A stretch of 64,000 nucleotides of DNA, taken from the NCBI GenBank assembly GCA_016933575.1, contig JAFGAR010000025.1:1-64000 (forward strand), written 5' to 3'. The position numbers and the translations under genes were made by a program. This document shows, one piece after another, positions 29,026 to 37,918 of the stretch. Source of the DNA: Candidatus Thorarchaeota archaeon. Lineage in GTDB: Archaea; Asgardarchaeota; Thorarchaeia; Thorarchaeales; Thorarchaeaceae. The first letter of the stretch is position 1. Each line of letters opens with the position of its first letter. Under the pieces are notes generated by a model, which was not told the origin of the DNA, did no database searches, and saw only the letters and a list, made by a program, of their open reading frames with translations.

Positions 29026-30399
29026 CTACTCTGAACCATTTATTCGTTGAACATATGCAGCAATATCGAACTTTCTCTTGAGCCCTTTATTATTCATATA
29101 ACGAACTTTGCCGAAGATTGGTCGCTCGCTCCATGCACGATCATGTTTACCAAAACACCAAGCAATGCCTGCATATCCGTTTGGATCTCTTCCATCAAGT
29201 TCGTAAGTATCATTCAACTTGACAGCAGTTACATATGCTTCAAATGGAGACTCACTCCACTCAAGTATCTTCTTTCCCCAGTACATTCTCATGTACCCAT
29301 GCATCTTACCAAATTTCACCATCTCTCTTTGAGCCGCATTCCAATATGGATCATGTGTCTTAGCCTGTTCCAGTTCCTTGTAAGAGTATACATATTCTCT
29401 GTGATCAAAGGAATGAAGCTCTAGAGTTTCTTTTGCCCAATTTGGTAGACACTCGAAGTTGTCATAATTTCTATTGAAGAAGACAAAGTTCATACTCAAC
29501 TCTCTTCTTACGATGAGTTCTTCAAGAAAGGAGCCGGTCTCTAAGTCACTGATTCCTTGTAACTCGAGAGCAATGTATACTGGAGATATTTGACCAAAAT
29601 GCAAGTATGGGCTCATTTTTGAGAGGTGGTCCTCAGCTGGATCATTCCTTTTGTCTGCAAAGAACTGAAGGTCTTGTTTAATGAAGTATTTGAGTTGTTT
29701 CTTTGCTTGACTTGTTCCTCCCTTTAGATGAACAATCTGTTCAAATTGCCCATCGACCTTTAGTTCTCTGAGTACTTTATCACAATCATTGAGATCTATT
29801 CCAGATATCCCAAAATCATCAATAGGCTTTCTTATTCGCTGAATCTTCAGGGGTGCAAGAAATTCGTCCAGCAGTCTGTGTAACTTTGGACGCAATGTAC
29901 CTGCTGTGTACTCTTCTTTTTGAGAAACGGTTTCAATTGGTACTACCACATTTGTTTCAATCTGATGTAATGGACAATCTAATCTCTCAGCAATATCCTC
30001 TCTCCACCCACGTTGCATTCTCTGATAATCTCTATCGACAACGACAATTGAAGCATCTTCTCCAAGTTCTGGTATAATTTTCATGGGTGTTTCTTGGATA
30101 ACGGAGAAGGCTATTCCGCGCCTTTGTAATGCTGTTTCTATTTCCTGAAGTCCTTCTATCATGAAACGATAATGCGATAGATTTGACATGGGATACCTAT
30201 TAACAAGACAAAACACAGTAATAAGCGGCTGTTTCTTGGAATTAGCCAGTTGAACTGCATGTTCCAGTGCATGATTAAGCTCTACCCTTTGTGCTGCTTG
30301 CATCCAATACAAAACATACTTGCCACTGAGCTTATCATTATCATTTAGAGTCTTCTTTCGTCTCGAGTCGATCAAATCAATCTTCCAATATACACTCAC
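29026..30399 (-). CDS. phrB: Class II CPD photolyase
   Basis: VLYWMQ..QR..NHAL, SKMSPYLHFGQIS, EELIVRREL, THDPYWNAAQ, MHGYMRMYWGKKILEW, DGRDPNG. Confidence 0.95.
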   Translation of the reverse strand: MSVYWKIDLIDSRRKKTLNDNDKLSGKYVLYWMQAAQRVELNHALEHAVQLANSKKQPLITVFCLVNRYPMSNLSHYRFMIEGLQEIETALQRRGIAFSVIQETPMKIIPELGEDASIVVVDRDYQRMQRGWREDIAERLDCPLHQIETNVVVPIETVSQKEEYTAGTLRPKLHRLLDEFLAPLKIQRIRKPIDDFGISGIDLNDCDKVLRELKVDGQFEQIVHLKGGTSQAKKQLKYFIKQDLQFFADKRNDPAEDHLSKMSPYLHFGQISPVYIALELQGISDLETGSFLEELIVRRELSMNFVFFNRNYDNFECLPNWAKETLELHSFDHREYVYSYKELEQAKTHDPYWNAAQREMVKFGKMHGYMRMYWGKKILEWSESPFEAYVTAVKLNDTYELDGRDPNGYAGIAWCFGKHDRAWSERPIFGKVRYMNNKGLKRKFDIAAYVQRINGSE

Positions 30400-30551
30400 C
30401 CTAATGAAGAGTTAGTTTGATAATTGCTCTACAATTCCGACACTCTGATTGCAATGCATGAAAATTAATTGAAATATGTAGATTTGATTTGTCCCTTGTG
30501 CTTATATTGAGATCTGCCTGATAATAATCTTCCACCAGATTTTCAGGGTGA

Positions 30552-31832
30552 TTGAAAATCATGTCTAAGAGTAAGAAAGGCAAGTTGAGTTCAAAGAGAC
30601 CGATCGCACTCATTGCTTTGATTGTAATTCTTATCGGAACTAATGTGGCAACTATATACTATTTCACACTTTACCGACCATCGATTCCAGCGGAAGACGT
30701 TCCAATGGATATAGGGGATGTCATGACTAATCCTGTTGCGTACATTGGATTGACATTCACAATTTCTGGTTATTATGTCATTTCGGCAGGATACCCAATG
30801 CTAGTTGACAATCTAATGTCATTTTTGAACAACTCATTAAATCCGGACAGCTATGTTCTAGTTACAGGTACACCGCCTACTTCCATGGAAGAATATCTAG
30901 GAATACGATGTGACGTTAAAGGGGTTGGAGAATGGGCTGATGAGAGCGATGGAGTACTTGGAATACGATATAGTAAATATGCTGCGCGGGTCAGTGATGA
31001 TGTTGTTCAGGGTTTCTTCAAAGATACTGTATTAACCACAGATTACCTTGACGAATACAAACCATTCCAATACGATGCTAGTGCTGAGAAATATGCACTC
31101 CTATACAGTGGAGGAATAAAACCGGAGAAGGCGCATTTTAGATATTGGAATGATATCATCTACATGTACTTCATTCTTCAAATGCATGGCTATCAATCGG
31201 AGAATATCTATGTGGTCTACAAAGATGGAGTTGGAGAAGATCCATATACGCCAGTAAATTCTGCTGCGACGCACACATCTTTGGATACAGTCTTTAGTGA
31301 ATTGAGCACGGAGATGGGAATCCGAGATACATTGTTCTTCTATACGACCAATCATGGGGGTAGTGGTGGTATCAGCGTCTGGGGACCAATGGATTCGAGT
31401 GGTGCGTTGACACATGCCCAGGTCTCCAATTGGTTAGATTCGATTACATGTCATCACATGATCATCGTTATGGAGCAATGCGTGTCTGGGAAATTCATCC
31501 AATACATTAGCGCTCAAAACAGGGTCATTCTAACAGCCTGTTCTGATGGAGAGAGTTCCTATGCATGTGATACGGAAGGCCAATGGGATGAGTTTGTATA
31601 TCACTTCATGTCTGCGCTTATTGGATTGAAACTTCCAGGTGGTCTAGGATCTGCTGATGCAGACTATTATACTGATGGCAAGATATCAATGCGTGAAGCC
31701 TTCATCTATGCTGCCGCACATGACAGTAGAGGAGAAACGCCATTATATGATGATGACGGAGATAGTGTTGGTCTTTCTTTGGGTCCAGTAGTCTTTGGAA
31801 CTGGTTTCTATGGAGATAATATATTCCTCTAG
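30552..31832 (+). CDS. Membrane-anchored clan CD cysteine peptidase, C13 (legumain/GPI8)-like
   Basis: N-terminal TM; YALLYSGG, TTNHGG (His), MEQCVSG (Cys), TAC...ESSY. Confidence 0.8.
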   Translation: MKIMSKSKKGKLSSKRPIALIALIVILIGTNVATIYYFTLYRPSIPAEDVPMDIGDVMTNPVAYIGLTFTISGYYVISAGYPMLVDNLMSFLNNSLNPDSYVLVTGTPPTSMEEYLGIRCDVKGVGEWADESDGVLGIRYSKYAARVSDDVVQGFFKDTVLTTDYLDEYKPFQYDASAEKYALLYSGGIKPEKAHFRYWNDIIYMYFILQMHGYQSENIYVVYKDGVGEDPYTPVNSAATHTSLDTVFSELSTEMGIRDTLFFYTTNHGGSGGISVWGPMDSSGALTHAQVSNWLDSITCHHMIIVMEQCVSGKFIQYISAQNRVILTACSDGESSYACDTEGQWDEFVYHFMSALIGLKLPGGLGSADADYYTDGKISMREAFIYAAAHDSRGETPLYDDDGDSVGLSLGPVVFGTGFYGDNIFL

Positions 31833-32086
31833 TATTATTGAGTGTGGGAGGTAAGAATTCAGTTATATCCATCTCCCCACACTCCTCCTGCTCCGTCTAG
31901 CTAAAAGCTCTCAGATTTTCTAGTTCCTTTCTCTCGGTTACGAATAACAAACAACCTATCTGCTGTTCATGTTGTAATCGGAACGCACACTCAAATCGTG
32001 AGTAACCTCAAGTTATCACCAGATCTGAGAGTTCTCTCAAGGTCGTCGTAGCAGTAACTCATATTCATTAGAATCTAATATTCTCA

Positions 32087-32824
32087 TTATGCCAATACTA
32101 GTAGATAAGGAATTATTGAATAACCACTGAATAGGACTCCTGTCACATTCAGGAATAGATGAATAAATCCAACTGGCCACATGCTCCCAGTTCTTCTGTA
32201 AAGGAATACATATCCAATTGGCATTATGAATTGAATAATGAAGAATAGTTCAGTAAATAGGAAGACATAGTTACTCCCTAGTAGGAATTTCCCCCAAAAT
32301 AGTGCATGAATCATTCCAATAAGAGTAATGTATAATGCACCACCAACGAATACCATTATTGACCTTTTTCGACCCTCTTTGTAAAATTCAGCATATGAGT
32401 CAAAAGTATAGAGCCAGATCAATTGTTCTGAGAACGCATTTATAGGTGCCCAGATTGCTAAAGTCAGAATCCATCCAAGAGGATCAAGGATTCCTATATG
32501 TATGATAGTAAACCATGAGGTAATTACCAACACACCTTGAAGTGCGAAGAGAGAGATGAATAGTGGAGTGAGATAGCTTCTGAATTGTTGTCGTATGTTG
32601 CCTCTTTGTATTTTGTAGTCAAGACTTCCTTTACGCCACTTCACAATAAGTATTGCAAAGAGACCGTAATATATCGCCATAGGAATCAATGCACCTGTGA
32701 TGTCGAAGAGATACCCTGCGATAATGGGCATCAGAATTGCTGCAATTGTAGCTATGATGAGATCTAATTGTTTTGGATGGTAGTTGTCATGAACAAAATC
32801 AGAAAGCAATCGCTTCATCTCCAA
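32087..32824 (-). CDS. Integral membrane protein, CPBP/CAAX-protease-like
   Basis: AFSEQLIW, GMIH, LYRRTGSMWPVGFIHLFLN. Confidence 0.6.
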   Translation of the reverse strand: MEMKRLLSDFVHDNYHPKQLDLIIATIAAILMPIIAGYLFDITGALIPMAIYYGLFAILIVKWRKGSLDYKIQRGNIRQQFRSYLTPLFISLFALQGVLVITSWFTIIHIGILDPLGWILTLAIWAPINAFSEQLIWLYTFDSYAEFYKEGRKRSIMVFVGGALYITLIGMIHALFWGKFLLGSNYVFLFTELFFIIQFIMPIGYVFLYRRTGSMWPVGFIHLFLNVTGVLFSGYSIIPYLLVLA

Positions 32825-32999
32825 AGGATAATTAACTATAGTGAATATATAATCCTTGCTATCTGACCAAGTTGGCTAGGCTATTGGTTTTGTTGTTTTA
32901 CAATAATAACATACGATTTGTCACTAGTCCGAAGATGTGGCAAACGTACACAAAATACTTCATTAGATATGATAGTATATTCTCTCCAGGGCTGATTGC

Positions 33000-34298
33000 T
33001 TGAAACTACAAAGAATTGCTATCTTTTTTTATATAATGATTCTATGTGTAGGGCAATTCAATACTCTCCAATTTAGTTATCAAACGTCTTTGGAACAATC
33101 TACAATGTGGCTTGTCACTACTTATTCTGACAGGAATGAGTTTGACTGTTCAGATACTATAATCATTGAATTTGATGAGGATTTTAAAAATCAGGGTTGG
33201 TCTGGAAATGGGACGTCTAGTAATCCCTACGTATTAGCTAATGAAATAATAGAAGGAGATCGATGTATCTGGATTAGAGATACTACCAGTTACTTTAGGG
33301 TTGATAACTGCACACTAATTGCAGAGTATCAAGGAATCATTCTCTCAAATGTCACTAATGCAGTCCTGATTGATTGCGTAATAAACTCAAAGCATACTGG
33401 AATTGTAATAGATGACTCATATCTGTGTGAAGTAGTCAATAATAGTATTGAAGTGTATAATTGCGGATTTGCACTCACTCATTCAAATCAGAGTTATCTG
33501 GAAAACAACACGATATCGTGTAAGGTCGGTACAAATTCGTTTCTTCATCGTTGTATTAATACGACCCTTCTTAATAATACAATTCTCGGAGGAACTAATG
33601 GCGTAACATTTCTATCGTGTAGTAGTTCCAATATCCTGAACAATACAATTGCCAGTACTGAATTCGCACTTCAGCTTATCGAATCAACATATAATTCAAC
33701 TATTATTGGTAACCAATTAGGAAGTGTAGAGACTCCCACTGCAATTGATGATGGAATTGGCAATTTGTGGGATGATGGAATCTCCCTAGGTAATGCTTGG
33801 TTTGACTATCAAGGAATTGGAGATTATCAAATACTTGGTACAGCAAATAACGCAGACCACTTTCCGACTAAATTCGACCCATCATTTCCAATGGATTTCG
33901 AGGGTCCCCTGATTCTTGCTTCTTTGGGCTCTCTCTATATTGATTATTGTAATGAGCTCCCATCTTCATACAGATTTACTGCAATTGTGAATGACACATC
34001 GGGAGTAGATACGGTCATAATGACTGTTAATGGTATTCCTCACAAAATGACACATCAACCTAGTGAAAGTAAACCAGACCTATATGTCTATGATCATCCA
34101 ATGGAGTCCTGGATGGTGTATTCCTACTGGGCAAATGATACAATTGGTCTATCATCAGAGACCCCGGTAGGCCACATTTCTGCTGGTGTTATGTATTGTC
34201 CGGAGCAATTTAGTGGATTCGATATAGCATTGCAATTACTTGTTGTTGCAATTGTTAGTGTGATTGCTCTTGTGCTATTTTGGAAAATCAAAAAATAG
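33000..34298 (+). CDS. NosD/beta-helix surface protein with Ig-like domain and C-terminal TM
   Basis: GWSGNGTSSNPY, beta-helix repeats, NLWDDG..GNAWFDY; paralogue of 4409..5983. Confidence 0.8.
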   Translation: MKLQRIAIFFYIMILCVGQFNTLQFSYQTSLEQSTMWLVTTYSDRNEFDCSDTIIIEFDEDFKNQGWSGNGTSSNPYVLANEIIEGDRCIWIRDTTSYFRVDNCTLIAEYQGIILSNVTNAVLIDCVINSKHTGIVIDDSYLCEVVNNSIEVYNCGFALTHSNQSYLENNTISCKVGTNSFLHRCINTTLLNNTILGGTNGVTFLSCSSSNILNNTIASTEFALQLIESTYNSTIIGNQLGSVETPTAIDDGIGNLWDDGISLGNAWFDYQGIGDYQILGTANNADHFPTKFDPSFPMDFEGPLILASLGSLYIDYCNELPSSYRFTAIVNDTSGVDTVIMTVNGIPHKMTHQPSESKPDLYVYDHPMESWMVYSYWANDTIGLSSETPVGHISAGVMYCPEQFSGFDIALQLLVVAIVSVIALVLFWKIKK

Positions 34299-34412
34299 AA
34301 ACAAGTATGAGAATTCTCTTTGAACCCACTCCCCTCTTAATAGACTTCTAGTAGGAATTATCTGTAACAGAACGACTAAATACCAATCATCTCTCTATCT
34401 CAGTGTTCAGCG

Positions 34413-35993
34413 ATGACGAAACTTCTGATAACCGATACCACATTAAGAGACGCACATCAGTCCCTCATTGCTACAAGAATGCGTACAGAGGATATGCTTC
34501 CAATCTGTGAGAAGATAGACAAGGTTGGGTACCATTCTCTTGAGATGTGGGGTGGTGCAACCTTTGATTCAATGATGCGTTTCTTGGATGAAGATCCCTG
34601 GGAACGAGTTGAGATACTCAAGGAAGCTATGCCTAAAACAAAATTTCAGATGCTCTTACGAGGATCTAACATTGTTGCCTATAGACAATATGCTGATGAT
34701 GTTCTTGAGGCTTTTGTAACAGAAGCAACAAAAGTTGGTATCGATATATTTCGAATCTTCGATGCGCTCAACGATATACGAAATATGGAAGCTGCTATGA
34801 ATTTCGTCAAACGTGAAGGTGGACATGTTCAAGCTAGTATTTGTTACACACTCAGTCCATTCCATACAAATGAAAAATTCGTTGAAATGGCAAGGGAACT
34901 CTATGAAAAGGATGCTGATTCAATCTGCATCAAGGACATGGCGGGTCTGATCTCACCTGAAGCTGCCTATGACCTTGTTAAAAGATTGAAAGAAGAGATC
35001 GACATACCCATTCAGTTGCACTCGCATTATACAAGTGGTATGGCTGCGATGGCTTATCTGAAGGCATCAGAGGTAGGTGTCGATGTTGTAGATTGTGCAA
35101 TATCAGCATTCTCTATGGCGACATCACAACCAGCAACAGAGTCAATTGTTGAGGCATTGAAGGGTACACCTCGTGATACGAAGTTGAGTATCAATCAACT
35201 ATCCGAGATTGCAAATTACTTCAGAAAGATCCGTCGAAAATATGGCCAGTTTGAGGGGAACCTTCAAGGTGTGGATCCTCAAGTGCTTGTCTTTCAGATT
35301 CCTGGTGGTATGCTTTCCAATCTTGATAATCAGCTACGAGAGCAAGGCGCACAAGATCGTTACGATGAAGTTCTCGAAGAGGTACCTCGAGTCCGTGCGG
35401 AGTTAGGATATCCTCCCCTCGTTACACCATCGAGTCAAATCGTTGGCACGCAGGCAACACTCAACGTAGTAACTGGAAAGAGGTATAGTATGATTCCAAC
35501 TGAGGTAAAGCAATACATTAGAGGCTATTATGGAAGACCTCCAGCAGAGATTGACCCAGAAGTCAAGAAGATGGCAATTGGTGATGAGGAACCACTTAAT
35601 CGTCGACCTGCAGACTTACTTGAGTCTGAATTACCAGTCGCTCGTGAAGCTCTGAATGGCATACAACACCTACCAAGGGATGAGGTATCGTATGCTCTAT
35701 TTCCACAATATGCCTTGGAGTTCCTTAAGAGAAAGGCTCAGCAAAAAATAGCTGGACAAATGACCCCTGAATTTGAGGTCGCATTAGCTGCAGCGGTACT
35801 ACACATGAATGGAGCTGGCGTCGGAGCTATCTCACATACAACAACAAGAGCTCAAACATGGTCCGATGCCGGTGTTTCTGACCTTATTGAAGGCCGTGTA
35901 GTTCAACATACTCCTGGTCAATGGGAACAATCCAGATCATCATGGTCTTCTGCTGGTCGAAAAGATATCATGCGAAGTAGAAGTCGGGGGTAA
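34413..35993 (+). CDS. Pyruvate/oxaloacetate carboxyltransferase (PycB/OadA/transcarboxylase 5S) with C-terminal docking tail and no biotin domain
   Basis: LRDAHQSL, WGGATFD, IKDMAG, LHSH, QIPGGMLSNL, GYPPLVTPSSQIVG. Confidence 0.9.
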   Translation: MTKLLITDTTLRDAHQSLIATRMRTEDMLPICEKIDKVGYHSLEMWGGATFDSMMRFLDEDPWERVEILKEAMPKTKFQMLLRGSNIVAYRQYADDVLEAFVTEATKVGIDIFRIFDALNDIRNMEAAMNFVKREGGHVQASICYTLSPFHTNEKFVEMARELYEKDADSICIKDMAGLISPEAAYDLVKRLKEEIDIPIQLHSHYTSGMAAMAYLKASEVGVDVVDCAISAFSMATSQPATESIVEALKGTPRDTKLSINQLSEIANYFRKIRRKYGQFEGNLQGVDPQVLVFQIPGGMLSNLDNQLREQGAQDRYDEVLEEVPRVRAELGYPPLVTPSSQIVGTQATLNVVTGKRYSMIPTEVKQYIRGYYGRPPAEIDPEVKKMAIGDEEPLNRRPADLLESELPVAREALNGIQHLPRDEVSYALFPQYALEFLKRKAQQKIAGQMTPEFEVALAAAVLHMNGAGVGAISHTTTRAQTWSDAGVSDLIEGRVVQHTPGQWEQSRSSWSSAGRKDIMRSRSRG

Positions 35994-35997
35994 TTAG

Positions 35998-36522
35998 ATG
36001 AGTCCGGAGTATAAGGTCATAATCGATGAACGACCCTATAATGTTGAGGTAAATAAACTGGATGAGGGTGGTGTCTTGGTTGTAAAGGTCGGTGATCAGA
36101 GCTTCACGATGAAGGCGATTGTAAACGAAGACGGAACTTGGATCGTCAATGACCTTACTACAGATTATCCCGTGAAGGTGATAAAACGGGCTGGTCAAAA
36201 TATCACACTTGAGATTAACGGTCAAGAACGTGAATTGGTCTGGGAACGTCTGAGAAAGGTCGAGACCACAAAGAAGGTTTCAACGACAAATCAAAGTGGT
36301 CCAAAAGTGGCTGGCGGTATCTATGCACCAATGCCCGGAAAAATCACTGAGATTCGTGTAACTGCTGGTGATAAGATTAAACCCGGTCAGACAGTATGTA
36401 TACTTGAAGCAATGAAGATGTTCAATGAGCTAAAAGCTGAAACTGCAGGTACTGTGAAGGAAGTCAATGTTGAAGTGGGTTCCATGGTGACTCCCTCTGA
36501 CCTACTGGTTCTCATTGGATGA
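35998..36522 (+). CDS. Biotin carboxyl carrier protein
   Basis: APMPGKI, LEAMKM biotinylation motif. Confidence 0.93.
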   Translation: MSPEYKVIIDERPYNVEVNKLDEGGVLVVKVGDQSFTMKAIVNEDGTWIVNDLTTDYPVKVIKRAGQNITLEINGQERELVWERLRKVETTKKVSTTNQSGPKVAGGIYAPMPGKITEIRVTAGDKIKPGQTVCILEAMKMFNELKAETAGTVKEVNVEVGSMVTPSDLLVLIG

Positions 36523-36534
36523 GGAGGTAGTACT

Positions 36535-37701
36535 GTGGACCCGGTTAATATTATCGGAGTCGGGATGACAAAATTTGGTGTTCTAGATGATTCAATACTT
36601 GATTTAGCTCAACAAGCTGCTTTTCAAGCAATTGATGACTCATCGACTACCGAGGTTCCCTTTGAATATCTCGCTGTTGGTGTACAGAATCCCGATGAGT
36701 TTGTGGGTCGTGGTCATTTCTCTACACTTCTAGCTGACACCCTCGGCATTGTACCTGCAGGAGCAATCCGTGTTGAGACAGGGCCATCATCAGGTTCAAG
36801 CGCATTCGAATCTGCCTTTGCTCTTATTGCTTCTGGGATGGCTGACTTGGTGCTTGTTGTGGGTGTCGAGAAGATGTCTGAAGTGGACCGGGGCGTCGCT
36901 TCAAAGATATTAGCGAAGATGATGTCCTACGAGAATGAGACCCGCTATGGTGCTACACCTGCTGCTTTAGCTGCAATGATAACCCGCAGATACATGCACG
37001 ATTATGGACTGACGCGCAATGAACTCTCACTTCTCCCGGTGAAAGCCCATCGAAATGGAGCAAAGAATCCCCTTGCACATTTCCGGAAGGAAATTACAGT
37101 GGAAACAGTCAACAATTCTCGTATTGTTGCTGATCCTCTGACTCTGTTTGATTGTTGCCCGACGAGTGATGGAGCCGCTTCCATAGTTGTTGCATCAGAT
37201 AGAATCGTGAAGAAGTATGGGCTCTTAGACAGGACCATCCGCGTAGCTGGCATTGGTCATGGTACCGATTATCTTGCTGTACAACACAGACTTGCACTGA
37301 CCTCTATGAATGCAACAGTTACTGCTGCTCAAAGAGCTTTCAAGATGGCAGATGTACAACCCAGAGATGTTGGTGTCTGTGAACTCCATGATGCATTTTC
37401 TATTCTTGAACTAATCGATATGGAAGATGTAGGCCTTGTCGAACGTGGGACAGCAATTGATGCAGTTAAGGCTGGCAATACTGAGGTTTCTGGAGATATG
37501 CCTGTCAACCCGAGTGGCGGTCTTAAAGCTAGAGGTCATCCCACAGGTGCGACTGGAGTTGCACAAATTAGAGACATTGTTTTGCAATTACGAGGAGAAG
37601 CTCCTAAAGGACTTCAAGTCGATAATCCTCGTTATGGTCTTACCCAGAACATTGGTGGTTTTGGGAACAATATGGTAGTGGCAATTTTTTCCAGTCTCTA
37701 G
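36535..37701 (+). CDS. Archaeal/SCP-x-type thiolase-fold protein lacking the catalytic Cys
   Basis: GMTKFG, VGVEKM, NPLAHF, SDGAA, ELHDAF, NPSGGLKARGHPTGATG; ETGPSSG in place of ExACASG. Confidence 0.85.
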   Translation: MDPVNIIGVGMTKFGVLDDSILDLAQQAAFQAIDDSSTTEVPFEYLAVGVQNPDEFVGRGHFSTLLADTLGIVPAGAIRVETGPSSGSSAFESAFALIASGMADLVLVVGVEKMSEVDRGVASKILAKMMSYENETRYGATPAALAAMITRRYMHDYGLTRNELSLLPVKAHRNGAKNPLAHFRKEITVETVNNSRIVADPLTLFDCCPTSDGAASIVVASDRIVKKYGLLDRTIRVAGIGHGTDYLAVQHRLALTSMNATVTAAQRAFKMADVQPRDVGVCELHDAFSILELIDMEDVGLVERGTAIDAVKAGNTEVSGDMPVNPSGGLKARGHPTGATGVAQIRDIVLQLRGEAPKGLQVDNPRYGLTQNIGGFGNNMVVAIFSSL

Positions 37702-37759
37702 CAGAATTATTCATCCAAGATTGTCTTATTAGAAGAGCTCAGTCATTTGATGGCTGACA

Positions 37760-37895
37760 AGTATAATCTAGAGTATTTTCCTAATAGACGACCTACTGAC
37801 TCTAATGGGACTAGAGTAAGGATGCAAGTATTTGCATCAAGCTATGAAGTAGGGCAAATAACTCTAGATAGTACTATTCCAGAGTCACTGGAATA
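37760..37895 (+). ncRNA. Candidate multi-branch structured RNA in the leader of the longin/GTPase cluster
   Basis: Nested stems ATCTAGAGT/ACTCTAGAT, ACTCTA/TAGAGT, GATGCAA/TTGCATC, then TATTCCAG/CTGGAATA. Confidence 0.4.
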
Positions 37896-37918
37896 CCATT
37901 GTTTGGAGAATTGTTGAA

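Noticed and set aside
31900-32062. Short minus-strand ORF with internal TGA (MSYCYDD...)
   Set aside because: Multiple stops, no motif or SD
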